DNA of 34,786 nucleotides, taken from a virus. Taxonomy: Duplodnaviria; Caudoviricetes. The notes under the pieces were generated by a model. That model was not told the origin of the DNA. It searched no databases and worked only from the letters and a program-made list of their open reading frames with translations. Positions within the stretch are counted from its first letter, which is position 1, and the number at the start of each line of letters is the position of its first letter. A program made the translations under genes and the position numbers. Below, piece by piece: positions 8,341 to 17,436 of the stretch. Location: positions 1 through 34,786 of the IMG/VR virus record IMGVR_UViG_3300020045_006313; one strand, 5' to 3'.

Positions 8341-9744
8341 CTATGCTACAAAGGTTATGTTAGATGAAACGATCGTGCCGCCAACGCCCGCAACTGCACG
8401 CAAGTTATAAGTAAGTCCTGTTTGTAAGCCATGCGGGGATAACAATGGATCTGTGTTTGACTCAAGCGTAATGCTGTGACTTGTTGCTGACGATCCAAAA
8501 TCTTCTACCACGGCCGTTCCGTATGCGGTTGTTAAGCCAAATTCCACGCCGGCACGAAGCGCGGTACTGGTTGTAAATGTCACGGTAATGAGCGAGCCTG
8601 ATTTTGTGACGGTTGGCGTGGTAATGGCTACTCCGCCCGACGCGTCGTTATCGTTGATCGTTCCTGTACCTGATATGCCGCCAATCGTATAGATCAGCGT
8701 TTCGCTTGATTCAACTAGACTGTCATCGACAATAGGCACGGAAATCGTAAAGGTTGTAACGCCTAGTGGTACCGTCATATTGCCGCCCGATACTGTCACG
8801 CCATTGCTGTAACTTGCCGTGCTTATATCCGCGCCGGCTGCCGTTCCTGACGTTGAGAAGGTAAACGATTGACCTATTGAGGCTGCATTTAAAGTGACGG
8901 TAAAGACAAGTGTGCCGCCTTCTGTCACAGTATTGGCCGCAATGGTGCTAACTGTGGCCGGCGGTGCGCTGTCATCGTTGTTGATTGTGCCGGTACCACT
9001 TACACCGCCTACGACAAGCGTATAGGTTTCATTGGTTTCGACGGTTGCATCTTGGCTGGTTGCAATCGACACGGTAAAGCTAGTCACGCCGCTTGGCACG
9101 GTGATTGTGTTGCCTAAAATAGTGACGCCGTTGCTAAACGTTGGCGGCAAGATGTAATCGCCTGCGGTTGCGGTACCGCTATTGACCACAAAGCTAAATG
9201 TTTGTGAATATGGCGTCGCCTTATTGAGTGTTACGGTATGAACGACGTTAGATCCTTCTGTCGCGGACGCATTTGATACCGTTGATACTGTGGCGGGCGT
9301 TGCCTCGACTGGCGGGTAATTCACTTTGTTGTCAATGACTGTGATCCCAGTTAATAACGCTTGAAGCAAATTATTTAAATCGTTTGTTTGCGTCGCGTTG
9401 ACCGTTTCAACTGCGTTAATCCTTGTGGCCAGCACGTTCACGCTGGTAATCACATTGCCGATACTGATCGTGATTGAATTAATACTGTCATTGATCGCGT
9501 TGATCGCGGCCGTTTGCGTATTGTTGACGGTTTCAACTGCGAATATGCGGCTGATTAATTCCGATAAATCCGGCGTCGCGCCGTTGCTAGTATCTTCTAT
9601 CCAAGCCGTACCATTTGAATAAAGCCGTCTGTTACCCTGATCAATTACATAAAGCGTTGCGCCTATGAATATGTTGGGCGCCGGTATATCTTCAAAGTTG
9701 CAATAAATTACCTTGCCGGCAAAGTCCTTTAGTGATTTTCCCAT
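8341..9744 (-). CDS. Putative head fibre/adhesin: N-terminal anchor, coiled coil, two Calx-beta repeats, C-terminal FN3-like domain
   Basis: LYSNGTAW N-terminal motif; duplicated RI(F/N)AVETVN(N/A)TQT segment; two ATEG..VFTVTLN..GTA.AGD..SNGVT..VP.GVT.FT..D..VE..ET..GG.SGTGTIN.DD repeats; VEFGLTTAYG..HSITL..GL..G.TYNLRAV FN3-like end. Confidence 0.8.
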   Translation of the reverse strand: MGKSLKDFAGKVIYCNFEDIPAPNIFIGATLYVIDQGNRRLYSNGTAWIEDTSNGATPDLSELISRIFAVETVNNTQTAAINAINDSINSITISIGNVITSVNVLATRINAVETVNATQTNDLNNLLQALLTGITVIDNKVNYPPVEATPATVSTVSNASATEGSNVVHTVTLNKATPYSQTFSFVVNSGTATAGDYILPPTFSNGVTILGNTITVPSGVTSFTVSIATSQDATVETNETYTLVVGGVSGTGTINNDDSAPPATVSTIAANTVTEGGTLVFTVTLNAASIGQSFTFSTSGTAAGADISTASYSNGVTVSGGNMTVPLGVTTFTISVPIVDDSLVESSETLIYTIGGISGTGTINDNDASGGVAITTPTVTKSGSLITVTFTTSTALRAGVEFGLTTAYGTAVVEDFGSSATSHSITLESNTDPLLSPHGLQTGLTYNLRAVAGVGGTIVSSNITFVA

Positions 9745-9755
9745 TTCGCTCTCTT

Positions 9756-12089
9756 TTAATTAACGCCGTCATTTTGTGGGGTTTCAATACCTTGCTGCAG
9801 GCCTTGCGCTGCACTGGCCAATTGCTGCGGTACTGCCTCTTGCATTTCTTGCTGTGCTGGCTCTTGCGGCTGCTCGATCATTTCTTGCTGCGGCGGCTCT
9901 TGCATTTGTGGTTCGACTTGCGCCGCTTGGGCTTCAAGATCTGCCGGCTTATTAAAGCCAGCGCCTTTCATGATCGCGTCCGCTACCGGTGCGGCCGCTG
10001 GTACCGCGCTAACAATTTGGCCAGCCTGCAATGCTTCATACATGGATTGAATGCGTTGGCTGATTGTTTTGGCGTCTAAATTGTCTTTTTCAGCAACAAG
10101 TTTGGCCAATTGGGTTTCAATCGTTTGCATTTGTAGCTGCTGCTGCGCGTCCGCCATGGCTTGCTGTTTCTGTTTAGCGGCTGCGACTTCCGGTGATTCC
10201 TCTTCATCGGGATCAGTTTGGCCGTTTAATTGGCGGATCCGCTGCACTAAGGCGTCGCGGTTTGGAATGTCGGCCATTTCAATGACAAGATCCAGCAAGT
10301 TAAGCGCGACTTGTGGATTCATTTGCGCTAGGCGGCCAACAATGTCGAATAAGCTTTCAAACATGGCTTGCCGTAAGCTTGATTTGTAGTCTTGCTCTGA
10401 CACAACAAAGTCCGCATGAAACTTGGTAATGTCGTTGATTAGCTCGCCGCCTTCGTCTATCTCGTTGATATTTTCATGCTTGGCGTTGCCCTTCTCGCCG
10501 GTGATCCTGATCGACTTCTCTTCGGTATAGAATTGCTCGACGTTGGAAAGCTCCATTTCGCCGACTAACTGCACCGCAAAGCGCAAGTTATCAAAGATCT
10601 GTGTCGTTGATATGCCGCCCTGTTCCTGCTTGGCAATGATTGCCTTGCCGCTGGTTGCGTTGGTATCACGGCCTAAATTCTCGGACGTAATGCCTGATAC
10701 GTTGCGAATATGCTCCATATCCTGCCCCATAAGCATTAAATGCTCTTCGGCTAGGGCAATGTCGCGCTTGATCTCAACCGTTGAGCCGCGTTTTTTAATG
10801 ATGTAAGGGTTAGGCTTGGCCACTTCATCGCGTAATGAGTCGTGGTCGTCCGTTGCATCATCGTCAACGATCGTCGTATTGGATGACAGAATGAATAAGG
10901 CTTTCGATTTACGTTTGTTTAGATCGTCCTGTGCGTCGCGTAAGTTACGGATATAGCCATAATGCGCACCATCGCGGCGGCGTTTGAATGCTGTTACCTT
11001 CACGAACGGAATGCGATTGTGATCATACGGCGATTTTGATTCGGCAATGATCCCGCCCTCGCAAAAGATCGCTACACGGATTTCCATTTGCAGGCGATCG
11101 TATAAGCTAACGCCGGCCTCTTTGAGCATTTCTAAATGTTCTTGGTTGCGGCTATCGAACGCCTCGTTTTGCAGATCACCGCTATTAAAGAAGCGTTTTA
11201 AGACTGGCTGCTTGTACCAACATTCGGTTAATTTGACGCGTGATCGTTTGTTGAACAGTGAAGCGTTTGAGTTGTACGGCAAATAACGGCCACTGGCGCC
11301 GCTTTGATAATCCTCGCCGGCCTTCGTGACGCGTGCGCCCATGTAATAAACTTCGTCCTCTTCGGAGTCCGTCAAATTGTTGCTAGTAGAACACGCGGCT
11401 TGGATCAGCTCGGCGCGATCAGGAAACATGGCCATGGCAATATCTTCGTCCAGCCAGCGCTTACGGAATAGATAACGGGCGTCTGATAGATCTAGCTCGT
11501 TGCCGCTGCTATCTTCAAGCACGTTTTTCCAGTCCTCGGAGCGTGTGAATAGCAATTCATCCGTCGGATCGCCACGAATGCCGGTTTCAATCCAGCCGAC
11601 GCCGGCCTTGGCTGCGGACTCAAATGCAAAGCTGCGGTGAAATGGTGTTTTGTTTACATCGGATAAATACTTGAGAAGGCTCGTTTTAACTTCGGCGTCT
11701 TTGACATACTCTTTAGCAGCCTTGCGCGGTAATACTCTGTGATCAATTCTAGTGCGGCGCTCGGTACCAATTAGCCAGTCAATCGTTGGTTTGATCTCGT
11801 TGAACACCAAAGGCGCTTGGCCACGCTCCATTAAAATGTCGGCCTCTTCTTGCGTCCATTGCATTGAGTCGTAATAATCTTCGTCTAGCGCCATTTGGTA
11901 CCGGTTGGCTGCCTGCTTTTCCCATTCTTGTTCGTACCATTCATTAAGCTTGCGATACAGCGTTTTATATTTAAGGCCGTCGTATTGATGCCTTACATTT
12001 TCCTCTTGTGGCTCTTCGCTGACGCCACCAAAACGACGCTTATCGTCCATATCCTTGCTTGATGTGAAATTGCCGACTTGATTATCCAT
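9756..12089 (-). CDS. Portal protein (P22-like)
   Basis: DEDYYDSMQW, RGQAPLVFNEIKPTIDWLIGTE, YGYIRNLRDAQDDLNKRKSK and TNATSGKAIIAKQEQG motifs; Gln-rich C-terminal barrel. Confidence 0.93.
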   Translation of the reverse strand: MDNQVGNFTSSKDMDDKRRFGGVSEEPQEENVRHQYDGLKYKTLYRKLNEWYEQEWEKQAANRYQMALDEDYYDSMQWTQEEADILMERGQAPLVFNEIKPTIDWLIGTERRTRIDHRVLPRKAAKEYVKDAEVKTSLLKYLSDVNKTPFHRSFAFESAAKAGVGWIETGIRGDPTDELLFTRSEDWKNVLEDSSGNELDLSDARYLFRKRWLDEDIAMAMFPDRAELIQAACSTSNNLTDSEEDEVYYMGARVTKAGEDYQSGASGRYLPYNSNASLFNKRSRVKLTECWYKQPVLKRFFNSGDLQNEAFDSRNQEHLEMLKEAGVSLYDRLQMEIRVAIFCEGGIIAESKSPYDHNRIPFVKVTAFKRRRDGAHYGYIRNLRDAQDDLNKRKSKALFILSSNTTIVDDDATDDHDSLRDEVAKPNPYIIKKRGSTVEIKRDIALAEEHLMLMGQDMEHIRNVSGITSENLGRDTNATSGKAIIAKQEQGGISTTQIFDNLRFAVQLVGEMELSNVEQFYTEEKSIRITGEKGNAKHENINEIDEGGELINDITKFHADFVVSEQDYKSSLRQAMFESLFDIVGRLAQMNPQVALNLLDLVIEMADIPNRDALVQRIRQLNGQTDPDEEESPEVAAAKQKQQAMADAQQQLQMQTIETQLAKLVAEKDNLDAKTISQRIQSMYEALQAGQIVSAVPAAAPVADAIMKGAGFNKPADLEAQAAQVEPQMQEPPQQEMIEQPQEPAQQEMQEAVPQQLASAAQGLQQGIETPQNDGVN

Positions 12090-12514
12090 TACGCGGTTAC
12101 TCCAAATTCGGGCATTGAAACTTCGTCGTGCATGATGGTCTGCCCGTCAACCTTAATCAGCATTTCGCCTACCATTTCTTTGTGCTTATCTTCGGCCGTG
12201 GGTTTAGCTGGCGGCATATCAATAAGATCCGGCAAGCCTTCAATGATCAGATCCGCGATTTGGTGCGCTGCGAACTTTGAATCGTCAAAGCCTAAAAACT
12301 TGGCCACTTCAAACGATTTCATAATTAAGTATTGCGGCTCGTTGTATAGGTAAGCATGGGATAACCCAAGCACAAAAGCGCCTTGAGTAAGCACGCGTTT
12401 AATTTTTGGCCAAATGATCATCGCGGGTTCGTCATTGATCCATTGATAAGAAACAACGAAGTCACCAATAACACGCTGCAAATGCGCTTGATCGCCACCA
12501 ATTAAAACCGGCAT
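12089..12514 (-). CDS. Conserved hypothetical protein upstream of portal (start revised to ATG 12514)
   Basis: GGGAGG SD upstream of ATG 12514; the longer ORF-track start (12568) lies inside the promoter motif; IIEGLPDLIDMPP motif. Confidence 0.75.
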   Translation of the reverse strand: MPVLIGGDQAHLQRVIGDFVVSYQWINDEPAMIIWPKIKRVLTQGAFVLGLSHAYLYNEPQYLIMKSFEVAKFLGFDDSKFAAHQIADLIIEGLPDLIDMPPAKPTAEDKHKEMVGEMLIKVDGQTIMHDEVSMPEFGVTA

Positions 12515-12552
12515 AGAAAACCCTCCCAAAGTAGTAAAGGGGATTTTTGCGC

Positions 12553-12570
12553 GACTAATTGCATTCACAA
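12553..12570 (-). promoter_or_regulatory. Conserved late-promoter motif copy 3 (TTGTGAATGCAATTAGTC)
   Basis: Identical to 4326-4343; heads the portal operon. Confidence 0.75.
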
Positions 12571-12668
12571 GCGTTTCTAGGAGCGATTTAAATTAGTTGG
12601 TTGATACCCTAGCCTTAGCCTGATCAATTTTAAATTGGCTTATTTACTGGGTTATATTGAATTATGTA

Positions 12669-12697
12669 TTGACAACATTCAAATGAATAACGATAAT
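12669..12697 (+). promoter_or_regulatory. Near-consensus sigma70 promoter for the opposite-strand cassette
   Basis: TTGACA (12669-12674), 17 bp, GATAAT (12692-12697); ATTCA-AA-TGAAT palindrome in the spacer. Confidence 0.8.
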
Positions 12698-12730
12698 GGA
12701 AACACCTCAACAAACTTTAAGGACTGGATC

Positions 12731-13075
12731 ATGAATAACGAACAAGTAATGACTATCGAACAAATGGAAATGGCGATCGCAAACAAATTGGTATCTGACG
12801 CGCTGGCTTTGAATTACACCGTGAGCGTGTATGACAGTGAAGTATGGACGGTTAAACGCTCAAGCAACCAAGAGGAAATTATCGCGGCGCTCAATAGCTC
12901 TGACTGGGATCAACTTAAATTTCGTAAAGCAAACGGCGACTATGTTGGCGTGGCTGCTTTAATTTGGGGTGAAACTGGCTATGACTTAATCAACGATTAC
13001 ACCGTAAGCGATGAAATGACAGCGTTAATGGAAGGCGTTGAAGCGCTTGCGGATCAGTTTCAAGAGTTGGTCTAA
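12731..13075 (+). CDS. Acidic hypothetical early protein (start revised to ATG 12731)
   Basis: AAGGA SD before ATG 12731, downstream of the promoter; 114 aa. Confidence 0.8.
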   Translation: MNNEQVMTIEQMEMAIANKLVSDALALNYTVSVYDSEVWTVKRSSNQEEIIAALNSSDWDQLKFRKANGDYVGVAALIWGETGYDLINDYTVSDEMTALMEGVEALADQFQELV

Positions 13076-13083
13076 GCAATTTC

Positions 13084-13102
13084 AAGGGGTGAAATTCCCC
13101 TT
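13084..13102 (+). terminator. Short stem-loop within the cassette
   Basis: AAGGGG-TGAAATT-CCCCTT right after the stop codon. Confidence 0.45.
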
Positions 13103-13131
13103 ATTCAACTAAATCAACGGGATATAACGAA

Positions 13132-13263
13132 ATGAAAATACTTGCTGCAATCATGCTAATTTTCATAACGATCGGTACAGTAAAGAAAATAGATCAAATA
13201 TTAAGTTACGCCGGCAATCCGTGCTTGACTGATACAGAATGCGAAAACAACGATTATTCATAA
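13132..13263 (+). CDS. Small membrane or secreted peptide with CxTDxEC motif, 43 aa (not in ORF track)
   Basis: MKILAAIMLIFITIGTVKKIDQILSYAGNPCLTDTECENNDYS; hydrophobic N-terminus; stop abuts the SD of the next gene. Confidence 0.65.
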   Translation: MKILAAIMLIFITIGTVKKIDQILSYAGNPCLTDTECENNDYS

Positions 13264-13274
13264 GGGGCTTGAAA

Positions 13275-13517
13275 ATGATCACATCAAAAATTATTGGGAA
13301 GATTAATAGCAGCGTTGAAGGCTCTGACGGCTTCGTGATGCTTAGTGATAAAGATGAAACACTCACGAAAGCGCGCGCGCTGCAGTATATGCAAGATAAG
13401 TATTTAACTGACGGAAGTCCTGCGGTTGGATCGTACTTTTGTCATAATGTCAGTGTTGTTGCTTCTGACTCGCCAAATGAATTTATTGGCATTGTTTATC
13501 ACCGGTATGACGTATAA
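13275..13517 (+). CDS. Hypothetical protein (start revised to ATG 13275)
   Basis: AAGGGG SD upstream; 80 aa. Confidence 0.7.
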   Translation: MITSKIIGKINSSVEGSDGFVMLSDKDETLTKARALQYMQDKYLTDGSPAVGSYFCHNVSVVASDSPNEFIGIVYHRYDV

Positions 13518-13526
13518 GGGAAAATC

Positions 13527-13880
13527 ATGAGTAACGATAAATCAATCGCCTACACGGCTGGCGTCGATGCAAGATCTAAAGGGCTATCGCTTGAAGATAC
13601 CGCTTTCATTAAGCTGCGTGAAGGATCTAAACAATACAATGACTTTTTAGATGGTTATAACGCGCTGTTAGAAGATCTATCAAGTCACGTAATGGATGCG
13701 CACAATTATTTAACGGTTAAACCTAAACGCGGCGGCGCTCGTAAAGGTGCCGGCGCTCCCAAGAAGGATGATCCGGCCGTGCGTCGCAGCATTCGACTCA
13801 ATAACGCCCATTGGATCAAGTTTAAGGCTATGGGCGGTGAGGAATGGTTAAGGCGTGCCATTGACGAAAGTAAACCTTAG
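13527..13880 (+). CDS. Putative DNA-binding protein (RGGARKGAG motif plus ribbon-helix-helix-like C-terminus)
   Basis: KRGGARKGAGAPKKDDPAVRRSIRLNNAHWIKFKAMGGEEWLRRAID. Confidence 0.7.
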   Translation: MSNDKSIAYTAGVDARSKGLSLEDTAFIKLREGSKQYNDFLDGYNALLEDLSSHVMDAHNYLTVKPKRGGARKGAGAPKKDDPAVRRSIRLNNAHWIKFKAMGGEEWLRRAIDESKP

Positions 13881-15496
13881 ACCGTGCGCCAATTGTTATC
13901 GCGTTTGGCTTTCTTGGCCGGTGCGCGGTATATATTGATTAGCCTATTATGTAACGCCTGTGCAAACTGGCGGAATGAGTCGGCGCCCTCGGCGTTAATA
14001 TCATGCAGCGGCGCATTGCTCCAACGTTGCTGCTTTTCATTCCATTGCTTTTTATAGTTATCTAGGCGGCTGATCCCAAGCTTGCAGCGCTCTACATCAA
14101 AGAAGCATTGCGGCATGACTTCACGCACCATTTGAATACCGGTTCCAATATCTTCAATGCGTGGCACGATCTGCGTGCGGCCAATTTTCTTATCCTTTAG
14201 CATTTCCTCAATGCTTTTATTATGATCAGATAGTCGTTTGTGATCCGCGTCATGCGGTAAGAAGTGAGTATCATAAATGTAATCACGATCCCGCAGCACT
14301 TTAGCGTAATGGTTAAGATCTTCGCCGTGGCCTTCTTCGTAATCAATAAACCGGTATTGCATTTGTATGTATTGCATAAACCAAATGCCGCAGCCGTCAC
14401 TATTCCCCACATCCCAAAATGTAAACACTGGCTCGTTTGCGATCGGAATATTTAAGATCTGCCCGCGCTTGCGTAACATGGCCATTTGTTTATTGTAGTA
14501 ATTGCCCTCGATCGACACTTCAAACGCTTCTTGTGGCGTGCTTGGATATTCCCTGTTCATCATTTCCTTTTCCCCTGAGAAATCGGTTTCCATCGTCACC
14601 ACGTACCAAGCGCGCTGCTCAAGATCAAGCGTGACATTCATTTTTGTTTCGATCTCGTCAAAATATTGGTGTTCTTTTTGTGTGATCGCTACGTTTGTAG
14701 GATCTAAGCGATATTCATCGGCTGCAAACCATGGGTAAAAATGTAGCTTGTAATCTTTAAGGTTAGCCAGTCGGCCGGACTCTTGGCGCTTCATGGCCAC
14801 TTTTACCTTGGCATGGTAGTCGCCCTCTTGACCTTCGGCCGTTGATTCGATCACGATGATCCCAGTAGGCGGTACCGCGGGAATTGATCCGGTTTTAACT
14901 TCGCGCGCTTTGAGTGGAAATATTGCGCAAATTTTTCCGTACTCTGATACATGCAGCCGGTGGATCGTACCGCCACGCATTGACGTTGATACGCGAACAC
15001 TAGAATTGTTATGTGCGAATAGGATCTCGCTTTTGTTAAACGTGGCCGTTGGAAACATCCATTTAAGCTGTTCCGGCAAATTATCGTAAGCAAACTTAAC
15101 CTTGTCACGGAATATGTTTTCTGCAGCCTCTTTGTTTTGTGCAATGATCCCGCAGCGTTGATTTGCATTAAATAGCGCGTGATCTAACCAAAGGATTGCG
15201 ATCAATGTCGTAAAGCCTAATTGACGGGCTTTAAGGATTAGATTGCGGCTCCACATGCGTTTGATAAATCGCCGTTGGTGCCGGTTTGGCATAAACGGTA
15301 AAACTTGATCCTCGCTAGTTTGCTCGCCGTTCTCGTCAACTTCGCCTTTAATGATGATCTTGTAAAGCTTGCCGCTGTTGATCCGCCACAATGGATCTTT
15401 GAGGTTTGCGTAAAGCGTGTCTAGCTCCGCCTTCTGTTCGGGCGTTAGCGCTTTATCCTCAAGCAATTCATCGGCTATTTTTACTGCAGCGGCCAT
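13877..15496 (-). CDS. terL: Terminase large subunit
   Basis: Walker A ILKARQLGFTT, Walker B LHVSEYG, coupling motif IESTAEG, nuclease FWDVG...LPHD...GADSFR. Confidence 0.95.
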   Translation of the reverse strand: MAAAVKIADELLEDKALTPEQKAELDTLYANLKDPLWRINSGKLYKIIIKGEVDENGEQTSEDQVLPFMPNRHQRRFIKRMWSRNLILKARQLGFTTLIAILWLDHALFNANQRCGIIAQNKEAAENIFRDKVKFAYDNLPEQLKWMFPTATFNKSEILFAHNNSSVRVSTSMRGGTIHRLHVSEYGKICAIFPLKAREVKTGSIPAVPPTGIIVIESTAEGQEGDYHAKVKVAMKRQESGRLANLKDYKLHFYPWFAADEYRLDPTNVAITQKEHQYFDEIETKMNVTLDLEQRAWYVVTMETDFSGEKEMMNREYPSTPQEAFEVSIEGNYYNKQMAMLRKRGQILNIPIANEPVFTFWDVGNSDGCGIWFMQYIQMQYRFIDYEEGHGEDLNHYAKVLRDRDYIYDTHFLPHDADHKRLSDHNKSIEEMLKDKKIGRTQIVPRIEDIGTGIQMVREVMPQCFFDVERCKLGISRLDNYKKQWNEKQQRWSNAPLHDINAEGADSFRQFAQALHNRLINIYRAPAKKAKRDNNWRTV

Positions 15497-16084
15497 TTAT
15501 TCATCATCATCATCGTCAAAATCTTCTACATCAATAATATTTGCGTTTGCGATCGGGAGCGCTGATCCTTGGAGCGATTGCATCAATAACACCAGCGGGT
15601 TCGTTTTCTGTTGGTTGTCTTTCTCATAGGCGCCTAGGTGTTTCATGAGCTTGTCGATCGCGGCGCCTTTATCCCAAAATTTGATTTCTTTCGTTTCGCC
15701 AATTTTTATTTTGGTACCGCCTGCATGGATAAAATCTTCATAGACTTTGATGCTAGATACCGCGCCCGCCATTGCCGGCGTCCAGTCCTTCATTGGCTTT
15801 AACTTATTGTTATCATCAAAGAATTGGCGAATGTCGGAAAAGGCGATCGTCATGTTTTCCCGCAGCACTTCTTCAAGCTGCAATTCAACCTTGGCGATCA
15901 CTGGCGCTTTGAGTTCTTTTAAGCGTGCCTGTATGTTTTTATTGCGTAACACGCGCGACGCGTTTTCATACACCGTCTTGTCTTTCATGTTGGCGCAACT
16001 GTAAACGGCTTTGTACGACTCAAAAGCATTCATTGAATGAATGTAATGATTGCAAAACTTCTCTTGTTTTTCAGTTAGGTTCAT
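15497..16084 (-). CDS. terS: Terminase small subunit
   Basis: LTEKQEKFCNHYI N-terminal HTH; IKFWDKGAAIDKLMKHLG motif; adjacent to terL. Confidence 0.92.
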   Translation of the reverse strand: MNLTEKQEKFCNHYIHSMNAFESYKAVYSCANMKDKTVYENASRVLRNKNIQARLKELKAPVIAKVELQLEEVLRENMTIAFSDIRQFFDDNNKLKPMKDWTPAMAGAVSSIKVYEDFIHAGGTKIKIGETKEIKFWDKGAAIDKLMKHLGAYEKDNQQKTNPLVLLMQSLQGSALPIANANIIDVEDFDDDDDE

Positions 16085-16347
16085 ATTGATAATTGAATTT
16101 TGTGTGTTTCTACCGTTACTTTTCTAAGCGTTAGTGACTCGGCTTCGCTTTCCGATAATCCCAATTTTTTTAAACGATCAACTTCGGCCGTGACTGATTC
16201 CTCTAGCCCAGTGTGAAAAGTTTTTAATAAATTGGCCAATTGTTTCTCAAACGGCAAAATTGCCGCGCCAGCCTCAAGATCTGCATTTTTTTTATCCCAG
16301 TATTCTTGGGTAAGTGGTGATAGTTTATTTATTTCAGTAGTTGTCAT
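16081..16347 (-). CDS. Hypothetical protein
   Basis: ORF with ATGA overlap to terS; GGAG SD. Confidence 0.65.
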   Translation of the reverse strand: MTTTEINKLSPLTQEYWDKKNADLEAGAAILPFEKQLANLLKTFHTGLEESVTAEVDRLKKLGLSESEAESLTLRKVTVETHKIQLSI

Positions 16348-16350
16348 GCA

Positions 16351-16581
16351 TTATCTCCATCTATTAGGGTTGCGTTTGCGCTTGGTATTTACTTTTACTT
16401 TTTTCGATACTATTAAATTATTTAGCGTCGGCATTGTTAAAGATTTTCTTAGTTCAATCCCGTTAATTCTGCCAGCGATTCCGCCTACTAACATCGTGCT
16501 TTCTATAACTTCATGGCCACAACTTTCAAACATTTCTCTAAAGTGATCGCATTCGCTAGGTGTTAAATAAATTTTGGCCAT
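16351..16581 (-). CDS. Hypothetical protein, basic C-terminus
   Basis: Coupled ORF in the (-) operon; GGAGG SD. Confidence 0.6.
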   Translation of the reverse strand: MAKIYLTPSECDHFREMFESCGHEVIESTMLVGGIAGRINGIELRKSLTMPTLNNLIVSKKVKVNTKRKRNPNRWR

Positions 16582-16772
16582 TACCGCGCCCTCCTCTGCT
16601 TTCGGCTTCTGCGTGATCCGCGCGTAAAACTGTTATTGATCATCGGCACACTGTTTGGCAGCGCGTCACGCTTAATCGGTGGCCGTTGTTTCTCTATGCC
16701 TAAATTCTGTGAAGGTGTGATAAACCCATACATTGATGCAACTAATAACATAATTTTTGTAACACCTTTCAT
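16581..16772 (-). CDS. Small hypothetical protein, hydrophobic N-terminus and Arg-rich tail
   Basis: Coupled ORF in the (-) operon. Confidence 0.55.
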   Translation of the reverse strand: MKGVTKIMLLVASMYGFITPSQNLGIEKQRPPIKRDALPNSVPMINNSFTRGSRRSRKQRRAR

Positions 16773-17149
16773 CTTGGCGCCTTTCTAAAAATAATATTCT
16801 GCAGTAACACGCCGCCGTCGTTTACGTCATCCCATTTCTGTACGTCACGCTCTTCGGGATCACGGCGCACGGTTCTAATCGGTAGCGGCTTGCCTGTGTA
16901 AATGTACAAATAAGCGTTATAGGTTTGCTCACGACCATCTTCATTGACTGATACACGCTTAACGGGCTTGTCGGCTTTGATCAAATAGCCGGCATAAACT
17001 AACCAAATGACAGCGGCGCGGACTGATCGCTCCGGTATGATCTTGTCATCTGAGGTTAAGGCGCCTGATATGCTGTATGTGTCGAGTGGCGCCTGCGATC
17101 GAATAATGTGATCCAATACCTTCTCGCGGTTGACTGTGACTTGCCCCAT
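16769..17149 (-). CDS. Winged-helix-like DNA-binding protein (candidate late-gene activator)
   Basis: REKVLDHI..APLDTYSISGAL..PERSVRAAVIWLVYAGYLIK wHTH pattern; Q-like position upstream of terS. Confidence 0.5.
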   Translation of the reverse strand: MGQVTVNREKVLDHIIRSQAPLDTYSISGALTSDDKIIPERSVRAAVIWLVYAGYLIKADKPVKRVSVNEDGREQTYNAYLYIYTGKPLPIRTVRRDPEERDVQKWDDVNDGGVLLQNIIFRKAPR

Positions 17150-17157
17150 GATTTCCC

Positions 17158-17436
17158 CTAGTAAGTTTTAAGCGATTCTTTGTAGTTGAGGCAATTGCTA
17201 AACGCGTCGCTAAAGGCCTGCTCTTCACTGTCGGATAAATAACCAATAGTTACGGACTGTCTTTTGAGTGGCGTTAATGGCTCGGCTTGCTTGAAAAATT
17301 CATCGCGGCTCATGGTGGTTTGAAAGCCATACCCTACCCGCCCCATATTGGCCGCTGATTTACACGCCATATCTAGGATCTCGCCGGCGTTGGCCGTTTG
17401 CATGGCCAGTAACATCACAATGATTATTTTGATCAT
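17158..17436 (-). CDS. Secreted/periplasmic small protein (start revised to ATG 17436)
   Basis: MIKIIIVMLLAMQTANA signal peptide with AxA site; two Cys; ATGA overlap with the upstream gene. Confidence 0.65.
   Translation of the reverse strand: MIKIIIVMLLAMQTANAGEILDMACKSAANMGRVGYGFQTTMSRDEFFKQAEPLTPLKRQSVTIGYLSDSEEQAFSDAFSNCLNYKESLKTY

Noticed and set aside
8830-8850. GTAAG in the Calx-beta protein as a LapG cleavage site
   Set aside because: It is the ordinary GTAxAG strand of a folded Calx-beta repeat, not an exposed retention-module linker. No support that the phage protease cuts the phage fibre.
12571-12660. Possible pac/packaging site in the AT-rich intergenic stretch
   Set aside because: Two TTTAAA tracts and a TAGCCT duplication are visible but not diagnostic; read-terminus data would be needed.
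12515-12730. Upstream extensions of ORFs to 12568 (-) and 12635 (+)
   Set aside because: They run through promoter elements; SD-supported starts are 12514 and 12731.
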